From positions 1-51,289 of the IMG/VR virus record IMGVR_UViG_3300018062_000001: a stretch of 51,289 nucleotides of DNA. One strand, 5' to 3'. Origin of the DNA: a virus (taxonomy: Duplodnaviria > Caudoviricetes). Each line of letters begins with the position of its first letter. Position 1 is the stretch's first letter. Shown piece after piece: positions 37,124 through 46,652 of the stretch. Position numbers and translations under genes: made by a program. The notes beneath the pieces were generated by a model, which made no database searches, had not been told where the DNA came from, and was given only the letters and a program-made list of their open reading frames with translations.

Positions 37124-38167
37124 CTATGTGTGCATTCCTTCATTCATAGCTTCTAGTCCCTGTGTAAAAGCCATATCATCAGGACCAGATTCTTTTCTAA
37201 ATTGTTGATCTTTTTCCCATTCTTTATCAGACATATTATCAAGACCTGGGATATAAAATTCTACATTATGTCCAGCGGATTTCATACGTCTATATGCTGA
37301 TATAAGTTTTTCACCTTTATGAGCACCTTGTTCTACAACACCAGCATAAAGTTCATCATAAAATTGTTTTTGTGCTAATGAACGCGCTGTTTCTTGAAAA
37401 CGACCTACCATTCTAAGAGAAGCCATAATATTTCTCTTATAACGCGCCATAAGTACAAATACATTAATCTTCATTAAAATAACATCATACCATTTTATTT
37501 CAGAACCATGTAATGCAGAAGGCCATATAGGTGTCTTTTCAATATCTACATCATTAGGACCAGCATTTACAAAACCCAAAGCAGAATAATATTGATAATT
37601 ACCACCCTCATAATTTTTATAATTTACCCAATGAAAACGAATTTGAGGATCTTTTGGCTTTAAAAATAGAATACCTGGAATGATATCATCAGTTGCTTTA
37701 ATCCAAGGTATATCCATAATTTGAGACTCATTAAGACTTGCAGCAAATGAATCTAAGTCTTTTTTACTAGCAGGACGAGCGGTTTTACCAATATTTTCAA
37801 AACCACTTTGATTTACTGGTTGAGGAATAGCATATGATTCACTTGTCATTCCAGATGTTACTGTTGCTCTAGGACGAGCACCAACTTGAATATCTGGAGA
37901 AAAATCCTGAGGCTCTTCATTTTTAAGACTTGTTATAAAATCATGTACTTGTTTTTGCTCTTTAGATTCCGTTAATGTTTCTTGATTTGTTAATTTCTCA
38001 AATTGCTCTTTTGTATCTTTAGTAGAAAATGGAGCATCTTTTTTTACATGAATTTCAGAAGCAAGAGTAGAGCCACCATCTACAGCATCAGAGAGAGTTT
38101 TTTCAATATTTGATGCTGCTGCATTAATTACTTCTTTTGTAGGATTTTCATTAAATTTTTTTGCCAT
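37124..38167 (-). CDS. Head-associated hypothetical protein
   Basis: Between scaffold and capsid genes; FHWVN, DVILMK. Confidence 0.65.
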   Translation of the reverse strand: MAKKFNENPTKEVINAAASNIEKTLSDAVDGGSTLASEIHVKKDAPFSTKDTKEQFEKLTNQETLTESKEQKQVHDFITSLKNEEPQDFSPDIQVGARPRATVTSGMTSESYAIPQPVNQSGFENIGKTARPASKKDLDSFAASLNESQIMDIPWIKATDDIIPGILFLKPKDPQIRFHWVNYKNYEGGNYQYYSALGFVNAGPNDVDIEKTPIWPSALHGSEIKWYDVILMKINVFVLMARYKRNIMASLRMVGRFQETARSLAQKQFYDELYAGVVEQGAHKGEKLISAYRRMKSAGHNVEFYIPGLDNMSDKEWEKDQQFRKESGPDDMAFTQGLEAMNEGMHT

Positions 38168-38199
38168 ATATTTACCTTATAATTATATAATTTATAAAT

Positions 38200-39027
38200 T
38201 TATATAATCATAGCCCTCCCCTCTGATACCATAGCTGTCTGTTCTTTATACCATTCTTCTGGTGTCATACCATATCTTTTTGCCATAGCTAATTCATTAG
38301 CATCAAGACCAAAATTATTAGCTGCTGTTCTTTCTCCATCATTAGTACCTCTATTAGTATTAAGATTTGTACTCTCTACTCTAGAAGTACCACCACCCTG
38401 AATAAGATTAAATTTACCTTCTTTTTTAGCAGTATCTCGTTGAATTTCTGTAAAATGAGCACCCATTATAGAATCATGGACTTTCTTAATAACTATCTCC
38501 GGATCACTTCCCATTTGTACCAATAATTGAGGAGTATATCTTTTCCACTCCTCATCAATTTCAGATTTAATAGTTTCATTCTTAAATCCATCTAAAGTTG
38601 CTGTTGCATTTCTATATGCTAATGTACGCATAAAATTCATATTTTGAATACGACCATCCATAGCAACAGCAGTTGCAACTTTTCTAAGACCAGAAGCAGG
38701 ATCAGTTGCGAATTCTATCGGATCAATATCATCAAAAACTGTTTTATTTTTATTCCCGTTATCATTATTACGTTCACCAGAATTATTACCCGAGTTATTA
38801 TTTCCCTCATTATTTCCTTCACTGCTGGACCTAGATACAGAAGTAGTTGTCATTTTCGTCTCTAAAGCAGTAATCATATCTTTAATACTATTAATTCCAC
38901 CGTCAAATTTTTGCTCTACAGCAGTTAATTCTGCTTTAGTAACCGCACCACCAAGTTTACCCATAAAATCATCAATATCAAAACCAGCTTCTTTAAAATC
39001 TTCTTTTGTCATTTTTCCGAATGCCAT
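38200..39027 (-). CDS. Putative scaffolding protein
   Basis: Low-complexity N/G linker; C-terminal ELAMAKRYGMTPEEW. Confidence 0.65.
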   Translation of the reverse strand: MAFGKMTKEDFKEAGFDIDDFMGKLGGAVTKAELTAVEQKFDGGINSIKDMITALETKMTTTSVSRSSSEGNNEGNNNSGNNSGERNNDNGNKNKTVFDDIDPIEFATDPASGLRKVATAVAMDGRIQNMNFMRTLAYRNATATLDGFKNETIKSEIDEEWKRYTPQLLVQMGSDPEIVIKKVHDSIMGAHFTEIQRDTAKKEGKFNLIQGGGTSRVESTNLNTNRGTNDGERTAANNFGLDANELAMAKRYGMTPEEWYKEQTAMVSEGRAMII

Positions 39028-39061
39028 ATATTATTCTACTTATTTAGTAGCTCCTTTTATA

Positions 39062-39418
39062 TTATGATGCAGTTTTTCTCATTTTCTCTTCTATATCTCT
39101 TAATTTCTTTTGATTTTCTTCATATCTTTCTATCTCTTCCATAAATCCAAATACACCTCTTACACCAATAATTTGTCCACGAAGAATATCAGATTTATCT
39201 TTTCCAGTTCTATTATCATATGGAAATAATAATAATTGTTTATTTAATTCTTCACAACCATTATTGACGTAAAACTCCTCCAACATTTTCCATTCCGGCG
39301 ATTGCAAAAGTATTTTCAGACGTTCCTTGCTCTGGACTAATCTCTGAAATGCTTTGTTCTCCTTGAGTGATTCTACTTGTTTCTTGGTTATTTCCCACTG
39401 TGCGTTGTCCATTTGCAT
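39062..39418 (-). CDS. Small portal-adjacent protein
   Basis: LLQSPEWK...ILRGQIIG; overlaps the portal 3' end. Confidence 0.65.
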   Translation of the reverse strand: MQMDNAQWEITKKQVESLKENKAFQRLVQSKERLKILLQSPEWKMLEEFYVNNGCEELNKQLLLFPYDNRTGKDKSDILRGQIIGVRGVFGFMEEIERYEENQKKLRDIEEKMRKTAS

Positions 39419-41264
39419 TAGATTGGCTCCTTATTTGTTCTATAAATCTTAATTCTGGTTGCATTCTAGAAATATTATCATAACCAAACGCTCTTATAAG
39501 TTTAGTCATTATATATGCCTGAGCTTGAATACCACCAATAATTAATTCACGAAATTCAGGCATATCTTTCATCATTGGATTCATTATTGCCTGAGCCGCC
39601 TGATTAATAGATGCTATATGTCTTTCCATCACTTGAACAAAAAGCATCCCGGTTTGTTTTTCAACCTCTCTATTTATAGAAGCTGTAGCAGCTTTAATTG
39701 GAAGAGCAAGTTTTCCAAATTTAATAGATTGAAGAGCTTTTATTAATAGAGGCTTATTTGTACCGAATTTTCGTAACCTTTCATCTCCTACACCAAAATC
39801 TGCATATTGTCGTCCCATTTTATTACCAAGACCAAGATGAAGATAACGAAAATCAGTTACATTAATATTTACTCGACGAGTACCAGTTTGCATTAATGCA
39901 AATGTACCCTGGGCAGAATACTGTGGGCCTGATTTTGAAGAACCTTTTGTTGTTATTCCAGAACCAGTACCACTAGGAAGCCCTAAATCTGTACCAAATC
40001 TAGCTTTTGCAAGAGCGATTGTAAATTGTTCATCTGCTAGATTATCTACTGGCTGTGGACCTCCAAGTTGTTTTATATCAAAATCATCTGGATGAAATGG
40101 CAAACAGGCCATAGGAGTAATAGAAAATCCTGAATCTATTCTCATTCCTGCATATGATGTGCCTGTTAAGATGATAGATGTATTTTGTAGTAATTCATGG
40201 TCATTACGAGTATTATGTTGTGTTGAAACTTGTTCTTGATACATCTCTCCCATTTCAGCAAGACCATATCCAATTATACCATCGTCTGTATAACCAAGAC
40301 GACCAAACTCAAATGGTTCATCATTATCAGCATAAATATTGAAAATTGCTTTCATGCGAGTTTTAGTCGCATAGTGCATTGTATAAATAAGAGAATATTT
40401 TACATTATTTTGAGTATATTTAAACCAACACTCATAAAAATCCCATTCTGCTGTATTTTCATTAGGATTCCATCCAGTTATATTTTGATCTTGCAACTGT
40501 TCCGTTGTAGCAGTATCAAGACCTTGACGATCTGGAGTTCCTAATATCTTACGAGTAGAGTCATTATCATCAAATGCACCAGAATGAAATTTTTCTTCAA
40601 TTTGCCATTTCTTTAATTTATAAGGACCATGATATTTGAAATCTGCATCTTTAAACGTATTCGCAGTAGGAGTGGCGGCCCATTCTTGAATATTTAATTT
40701 TTCTGGTCTTGGGCCATCATATATAATCTTTTCTTCATAATTTGGTTTATTTCTATCTTCTGAGTTTATTCCTATTACTATAGCCTCCGTATTAGTAATC
40801 CAAGGTGCTTTTACAACAACCATTCCAAATTCTCCAATATCATTTGCAGCAAGACTCTCAACTCTCATAAGATCAAGTTCATCTTTAGAAAGAGCCATTA
40901 AATCCATAAAATCTTCATAAACTCTTCTTTGTTCTTCACCTTTTTCTGTTTCTAGCCAATCTCCAACTAATCCAGCTACCCAAATAGGAAGAACTTCATA
41001 AATTGAACCGATTTGTATAGCTTTAAGTATATCAATATTTTCGCCTATTAATTGTATAGCTGTATTAGATGCACCAGGCCAAGGAAATTCTTTAACTTTA
41101 TCTTTTGGTATTCCCTTTGCTAATCTACGCCACTTAGGAATTTTATTCTCATGTAAATCTTGAAAGGCAGCTTTAAGAGTTAGAATATTTTCATAGACAA
41201 ATTTGTCTAAAGAAATATTACCATCAACTCCAAAATCTACTGAGATTGGTTCTGTTAGAGGCAT
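39261..41264 (-). CDS. Portal protein
   Basis: 667 aa, FPWPGASN, FYECW, GIIGYGLAE; position after TerL. Confidence 0.8.
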   Translation of the reverse strand: MPLTEPISVDFGVDGNISLDKFVYENILTLKAAFQDLHENKIPKWRRLAKGIPKDKVKEFPWPGASNTAIQLIGENIDILKAIQIGSIYEVLPIWVAGLVGDWLETEKGEEQRRVYEDFMDLMALSKDELDLMRVESLAANDIGEFGMVVVKAPWITNTEAIVIGINSEDRNKPNYEEKIIYDGPRPEKLNIQEWAATPTANTFKDADFKYHGPYKLKKWQIEEKFHSGAFDDNDSTRKILGTPDRQGLDTATTEQLQDQNITGWNPNENTAEWDFYECWFKYTQNNVKYSLIYTMHYATKTRMKAIFNIYADNDEPFEFGRLGYTDDGIIGYGLAEMGEMYQEQVSTQHNTRNDHELLQNTSIILTGTSYAGMRIDSGFSITPMACLPFHPDDFDIKQLGGPQPVDNLADEQFTIALAKARFGTDLGLPSGTGSGITTKGSSKSGPQYSAQGTFALMQTGTRRVNINVTDFRYLHLGLGNKMGRQYADFGVGDERLRKFGTNKPLLIKALQSIKFGKLALPIKAATASINREVEKQTGMLFVQVMERHIASINQAAQAIMNPMMKDMPEFRELIIGGIQAQAYIMTKLIRAFGYDNISRMQPELRFIEQIRSQSNANGQRTVGNNQETSRITQGEQSISEISPEQGTSENTFAIAGMENVGGVLRQ

Positions 41265-41311
41265 TTTAATATTCTAATTAGTCCATATATTTATATGGAC
41301 TAAATATAAGA

Positions 41312-41905
41312 CTAAAAATGAAAATTAGGTCCAAAAGCAAATGATGGTGTCCATCTAGAATAGCCTGGAAAATTATTTGCTTGTATTTCTAATGCTAACC
41401 CAGTAGTAGCACTAAGTTTATAATTTATAAACATTCCAACACGCTCTCCCCAACGAGAAGAACCAGAAGAACCAACTGGTTTTACAACTCCAATACTACC
41501 AGTGGCTCCAAATTGAAATTGATAACCATTAAGAGATGGACTTAAATTATTTAATAGTTTTGATAGTGGTTGTATTAAATAATCTCCACGACCACCAGCA
41601 AATACAAATGTATTACTTAATAAACTGGTTGGACCACCATCAAAATTATTCGTAAATTGAACTTTACCGTCTGTTTCTGCACCTGTTAGAGAATTAAGTC
41701 CTGGTAAGTTTACTGGAGTTAAATTAAAATTAACTGTTGTTTCTGTAAAAGCACTTGTTGGTTGTGTTGTTGTTTGACATTTAGATACTGGTACTAAAAT
41801 ACCAAACATAAATGATAAAAATGCTACAACAAGAATCAAATTTCTAGTTTCTCTACTCATATCAGCTCCTTTATTGAGGTGGTTGTTGATTATGTGCATA
41901 TACAT
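41312..41905 (-). CDS. Signal-peptide outer-membrane beta-barrel-like protein (start likely MSRET, 41860)
   Basis: Signal peptide, amphipathic beta strands, C-terminal Phe (FAFGPNFHF). Confidence 0.6.
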   Translation of the reverse strand: MYMHIINNHLNKGADMSRETRNLILVVAFLSFMFGILVPVSKCQTTTQPTSAFTETTVNFNLTPVNLPGLNSLTGAETDGKVQFTNNFDGGPTSLLSNTFVFAGGRGDYLIQPLSKLLNNLSPSLNGYQFQFGATGSIGVVKPVGSSGSSRWGERVGMFINYKLSATTGLALEIQANNFPGYSRWTPSFAFGPNFHF

Positions 41906-42071
41906 GCAATAATGCCTGTGCTACTGCTACTACTCCTGCTACAACAGCCTGATAATGCCCAGATACTTGTGGCATTAATAGATTACCAACTTGTACAACT
42001 CCCATTAATATCTGTAATACTAAATGCCATGTTAATTTAAATTTCATTTTATTATAGCTCCTTTTTTCCAT
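41871..42071 (-). CDS. Holin-like two-TM protein (start likely 42047)
   Basis: Two hydrophobic segments in a small protein. Confidence 0.5.
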   Translation of the reverse strand: MEKRSYNKMKFKLTWHLVLQILMGVVQVGNLLMPQVSGHYQAVVAGVVAVAQALLHVYAHNQQPPQ

Positions 42072-42243
42072 TTCCTACTGGTTTATATTGTATTCCATGT
42101 TTAATACAATAATCTTGCCACATTTGATTTATACGTTCAATTAAAATTACATGCACTTTATATTGTTTCAATACTATAATTAAAACAGTTATAGTAGAAA
42201 CAACACTTATATGTCTTAAAACAAGATCATATGTAGTTTCCAT
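42052..42243 (-). CDS. Single-TM small protein (lysis-cassette-like)
   Basis: One TM segment followed by a charged tail. Confidence 0.5.
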   Translation of the reverse strand: METTYDLVLRHISVVSTITVLIIVLKQYKVHVILIERINQMWQDYCIKHGIQYKPVGNGKKEL

Positions 42244-44187
42244 TTAATATCCAGTCATAGATGATCTAGTTGGATTTTTAAAATCGCTTGTTGATCGCAT
42301 ATACAAATTTGATAAATCATGTTCCGTTATTAAATTTTTATCAAAATTTTCACAAATATGACCTATTGTATCAAGAATATCTTTAAAACGACCATGTGGA
42401 TATTCTTCATATTCTTCCAAAAATTTATCTAAAAAATTCTTTCCATCTTTATCTCTATTTTCATCATTCTGACAGAGATAAATAAGTCCGCGACGATAAA
42501 ATGGTTCGGAATTATCTATACGCTCATCTTTTGCATTTTCATTTCTATTATCTTTAAAGGGGAGAAAATTATCAAAATACCATTTACCATCTTTACGTTT
42601 ATAATTATTTAACTCTGTTAATAAAGTGGGAATCCAACTTTGTCCTGCGCTTCCCTCTATCCAGACGTTTCTAATGCGCCATCGCTCTCCTATTATATAT
42701 AGCATCTGCGCGGCATCTTCGCGGCTTGAAATTTCGCAAAATCCTTCTAATAGATGTAGTTTAAGAGGTTCCTTACTTAAACCAGTAGCTATTATACAAT
42801 TACGGGAACGTCCTTTTTCTCCGGCGTGATTAGGGTCAAACCAGAGACATTTAATAAGGTTGTTTGTAACTACATCTCGTTCCGTAGCTCCTTGCTCTGT
42901 TGGATAATGAATTGCTTTATATTGACGATTTCTTTTATCAAAAAATTGGTCATTATCTCGACCATATACTCTAAACGGCTGGTATAATCCACCAGCCGTC
43001 ATATTTCTTAGTATTTCTTGTTCTACTTTACATGTTTCTTTATATACTTGACGATCTATTAAGGGAACAGAAACTGACATTGGAATAGTTTTAAAAACAA
43101 AATATTTTAACCATTCAAGTTTAAATTTATTTCCACCGGGAGGTATAGGTCGATTACGAAATTGACAACTATAAAAATAATCACCAAACCAATGCTTTAA
43201 TCTTGCTAACTTTTTTATTGAAAATTCCTCTGGAAATAAAGGAGTATTAGGAGGATGAAGAGAACAACAACCACCTTCCGCATCATGTGTATGAAAGCGG
43301 AAGCCCATTCTTTCTTTTTTAATACGCCAATTTAGGTCTTTATATGACCAACGATTACCATCCACAATTACATCTGGCAATTCATCTGGGTTACCTTTGA
43401 CGGAATCAAAAGCACCAGCAATTAGTCTAACATATTCCCATGTAGATTCTGCTACAAGATCAGATTTAAGAGCTTCTTTGCCAAATAAGTCGTCTAAAAA
43501 GAAACGATTTGCATGTTGACTCTGTAGGGCCGCATCTATTCCGGTAAAATTATAAGTCCCCTCACCTTGATTAGCCGAGGCTAAATTATAATCTCTTTTA
43601 TGTGTTTTTACATCCATTGACCACTGACAGGAAGAATCAGGAAGAATTTCTTTAAAAAGAGATCGGAATAGATTATTACTCTTGTATTCTCTATCTATAA
43701 TATTGCCTTTTTTCCAAGCATTTTTAATTGTTTCAGTTACGAATATTGATCTTGTATTTACATCGTGAGCACGCTCCATCCATCTAATCCATTCTTCTGA
43801 ATAACCGAGAGCGCGCATTAGATTTTTCTCTCGATCACCAAAAGGGAGCGCGTACCAAATCATCATTCCTAATGCTATTGTAGTTTTAAAATGATCTCGC
43901 GGAATTTCAAAAACCTCTAGAAGATGTTCACATTCGTAGAGAGAACAATAATAGCGATGAAAATTTGGAGAGAGTCTATGTTTTCTAAGAACTGCTTTAA
44001 TAAAAAAGAATGGAGAACCAAGAGAATTTAAACGCCAAGCTGTTCTTACTGCTTTAGAAGAAAGACCACTAGAAGAGGTACAAGGAAGAAGAGTCCATTG
44101 AGAGGCATAAGAAGTCCTATTAACTTCTATTAGTTTCTCTAATCGCTCTGATAATTCTAATGGTTGGAGTTCGTTTATTAGAGACAT
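42244..44187 (-). CDS. terL: Terminase large subunit
   Basis: EIPRDHFKTT Walker A variant, FLDD Walker B, GNRW, CQFRNRP, WFDP, YPHGRFKDILD. Confidence 0.9.
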   Translation of the reverse strand: MSLINELQPLELSERLEKLIEVNRTSYASQWTLLPCTSSSGLSSKAVRTAWRLNSLGSPFFFIKAVLRKHRLSPNFHRYYCSLYECEHLLEVFEIPRDHFKTTIALGMMIWYALPFGDREKNLMRALGYSEEWIRWMERAHDVNTRSIFVTETIKNAWKKGNIIDREYKSNNLFRSLFKEILPDSSCQWSMDVKTHKRDYNLASANQGEGTYNFTGIDAALQSQHANRFFLDDLFGKEALKSDLVAESTWEYVRLIAGAFDSVKGNPDELPDVIVDGNRWSYKDLNWRIKKERMGFRFHTHDAEGGCCSLHPPNTPLFPEEFSIKKLARLKHWFGDYFYSCQFRNRPIPPGGNKFKLEWLKYFVFKTIPMSVSVPLIDRQVYKETCKVEQEILRNMTAGGLYQPFRVYGRDNDQFFDKRNRQYKAIHYPTEQGATERDVVTNNLIKCLWFDPNHAGEKGRSRNCIIATGLSKEPLKLHLLEGFCEISSREDAAQMLYIIGERWRIRNVWIEGSAGQSWIPTLLTELNNYKRKDGKWYFDNFLPFKDNRNENAKDERIDNSEPFYRRGLIYLCQNDENRDKDGKNFLDKFLEEYEEYPHGRFKDILDTIGHICENFDKNLITEHDLSNLYMRSTSDFKNPTRSSMTGY

Positions 44188-44198
44188 ATAAAAATTTA

Positions 44199-44403
44199 TG
44201 AGCTAAGGTGAATCTACAAACCCCCGTTAAATAATATACTCATCTATAGGAACCATATCCCAGAGCAAGTTCTTCTATTCCTATCTTGTGGGCGCTGGAA
44301 ACTTCGTATATATCTAACTTATAGCTTTAGGCTATCTGTCCACATGGCTCGTTTTATATTCTGGCTTACTGCCACAACCAGTACGTTAGATTTTTTTAGC
44401 TCA
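44199..44403 (-). ncRNA. Candidate ~205-nt structured RNA between terS and terL
   Basis: Closing stem UGAGCUAA/UUAGCUCA plus several internal and crossing pairings with G-U on the - strand; no long ORF. Confidence 0.5.
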
Positions 44404-44411
44404 AGATTAAA

Positions 44412-44951
44412 CTATTGTACAGTTTCTGTTATATTATCTTTTTCCTCTAAAGATTCATTTTGATTTTCAAGTTGTTTCTTTTTACTAAGAGCAGCAAGTA
44501 ATTCTAAAGCCATCTGTTCATCTTCTTTATTTGTTATTCCGCCCTGATCTTTAGTTGGCAGACCAATACGAGAAACAGCCGCAAAATTACCTTCTCTATT
44601 AAGAATCTCTTTAGTTGCTTCCATGCAATATTTTGGTTCATCTCTCCGACTTGCAAAATACAACAAATTTTCTATCGAAATCTTTCTACCTAATTTAAGA
44701 GCATGTAAATCTTCATCAAGATTATCCGCAAGATCAGCATCTAGAAATGAGAGAATACCTGATTGATATTGATTTTTTAGAATTTTATAGAGATTAGTCT
44801 TGCGAAGAATACTGAATGCTGAAGGACTTATACCAATAAAAGCGGCAATATCTTGAAGAGGTATTCCTAAATTTCTCATCTCTAAACGCACAGCAATTCT
44901 TGCTTTTTGAATCGTGCGTATATGAGGTTTGCCTTTATTTGCTAGTGGCAT
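44412..44951 (-). CDS. terS: Putative terminase small subunit
   Basis: N-terminal HTH (LQDIAAFIGIS), EATKEILNREG; upstream of terL. Confidence 0.65.
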   Translation of the reverse strand: MPLANKGKPHIRTIQKARIAVRLEMRNLGIPLQDIAAFIGISPSAFSILRKTNLYKILKNQYQSGILSFLDADLADNLDEDLHALKLGRKISIENLLYFASRRDEPKYCMEATKEILNREGNFAAVSRIGLPTKDQGGITNKEDEQMALELLAALSKKKQLENQNESLEEKDNITETVQ

Positions 44952-45206
44952 TTAAATATTCACCAAATCTGGTTCATATTTTTTAAAATGTAAAAAAAGA
45001 GCATCATTAAGAGGACTGGCATCCTGTTCTTTTAGATTTTTTTGCAGTCCCATTCCGCAAGAGTTCTTCTGATTTTCTGAACGATCAAGACCTTCAATAA
45101 TATCTTCTTTGTAAGAAGAAATAGGAGCCTCTAGATTAATATCTATAAAATCGGCCAAGGTTTTAGATATTTCTAAAGTCCTATTTTTTATACGAAAGTC
45201 TCGCAT
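44952..45206 (-). CDS. Hypothetical protein, first gene of the late operon
   Basis: Abuts the terS start. Confidence 0.5.
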   Translation of the reverse strand: MRDFRIKNRTLEISKTLADFIDINLEAPISSYKEDIIEGLDRSENQKNSCGMGLQKNLKEQDASPLNDALFLHFKKYEPDLVNI

Positions 45207-45282
45207 AATGATGCTCTTAAATTGGTCACAAGCTCAAAATAAAGCACGCTCTTGGCAAAATACACTTATCGCATCTGAAATC

Positions 45283-45311
45283 AGCATGACATAATTTTCC
45301 TTGAAAGTCAA
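45283..45311 (-). promoter_or_regulatory. Candidate late-operon promoter
   Basis: TTGACT-17 nt-CATGCT with extended -10 TG. Confidence 0.4.
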
Positions 45312-45653
45312 GTAGAAAATCATAAGTAGCTTTATAATCAACAATCTAATGAAACTAGTCTACAAATTTTTAGAAAAATTTTCTAGTCTACAGCTTTTAA
45401 TTAATATTATTATTATTTTTATAGTAATATTATTTTTGTAAATTAATATTTTTGTCGTAGACAAGAGACTAAAAATTTTAAAAAATTTTATTATGACGTA
45501 TGCAATTTTCATGCCAAAGTATCTAATATAGGTGTCGCCTTGGTTAATAACATAATGGTTAATAACTACATAATAACTACAATATATAGCTGTCACTAAA
45601 AATGACAATACAATATATTGAATGTCTATTAAATATATAGACTTTGTAGTATA

Positions 45654-45686
45654 TACAATTCTTTACAATTCTATACAATTCTTTAC
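45654..45686. repeat. Tandem 10-mer TACAATTCT(T/A) x3.3
   Basis: Seen directly. Confidence 0.85.
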
Positions 45687-45974
45687 TTGACTACCGTTCT
45701 AGACAGGCGTAGTCTCAAGATGCTAGACGGAGTTAAAAAATCTCTAGCTGTGATTACGGTGTTAGTTCTCACAACGGTGCAGCGTCTATTAGCGTCTATC
45801 GCAAGTGGTAACACTTCCACGCTATACAGATATGCCTGTGACGATAGATGTAATGTCTATTGTAAGATGGCCCGCCGCGTGTAATCATACAAATTTTATT
45901 CTCCTATTCTGTGCTATAGCAGATACGGGCTGTGATAGTTATGGGATTATCATACATAATCCATCATTCCCATA

Positions 45975-46409
45975 GTGGTAATTATCACAGTCCATACCTG
46001 CTATGGCAGGAGAATGAGGATAAAAAACATGGCGACTCTGAATGGTAAGACTCCTGAAACGATTGCAAAGGAAATCATTAATGATGCGGTTACTACATCA
46101 TTGATTGAAATTGATGGAGTAACTTCTCAGCATCTTGACAAGTTGGCACGAAAAGCAAATCTCAATTCCATTGAAGCCTTTGGCGAACGTCATTGGAATA
46201 AGCATCGTGACCAATTTCGTCGTGAGGTCATATGCAATTTCATTAACTCGTATTTCAAGCAAATGGTGAAACAGCTTGAAAAACGGGAACGTGAAATGGC
46301 ACAGACCTATTATGATTCTCTCATCAAGCAAGGAATGTCACCCAACGAAGCACACAAGCTGGCTTTCAATGGTGACGAGAAGAAAGAAGAAGTTGCTGAA
46401 AAGAAGTAA
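45975..46409 (+). CDS. Early hypothetical protein (start likely ATG 46029)
   Basis: GAGG RBS before MATLNGKTPE; higher GC. Confidence 0.7.
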   Translation: MVIITVHTCYGRRMRIKNMATLNGKTPETIAKEIINDAVTTSLIEIDGVTSQHLDKLARKANLNSIEAFGERHWNKHRDQFRREVICNFINSYFKQMVKQLEKREREMAQTYYDSLIKQGMSPNEAHKLAFNGDEKKEEVAEKK

Positions 46410-46445
46410 AAGAATTTGCTATAGCATGGAATAGGAGAATAACAA

Positions 46446-46652
46446 ATGAGAATAGTAAAAAACAGTTGGTATAGTATTACTCCAACTGTTTGCAAACCAG
46501 CGCGGGCTAAAATTGCTGGCCCAAACCGAAATAAAATGCAACATAAGACAGATTTTGTCTCAAGAAATATCAAAGATGCGCAAAGCGCGCAGGATATTTT
46601 TCAAAAGCAGTTTTTAATGAGACAGATTTGCAGAGAAGTCTTGGGAAAATGA
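46446..46652 (+). CDS. Hypothetical basic protein
   Basis: AGGAG RBS. Confidence 0.55.
   Translation: MRIVKNSWYSITPTVCKPARAKIAGPNRNKMQHKTDFVSRNIKDAQSAQDIFQKQFLMRQICREVLGK

Noticed and set aside
44250-44350. Group II intron domain V (GAGCCAUGU/AUAUGGUUC)
   Set aside because: The arms are over 80 nt apart instead of forming a ~34-nt hairpin; no GUGYG 5' end and no RT gene
45360-45884. ORFs 45360..45608 (-) and 45687..45884 (+)
   Set aside because: Low-complexity or TTG-start ORFs without RBS in a repeat-rich control region
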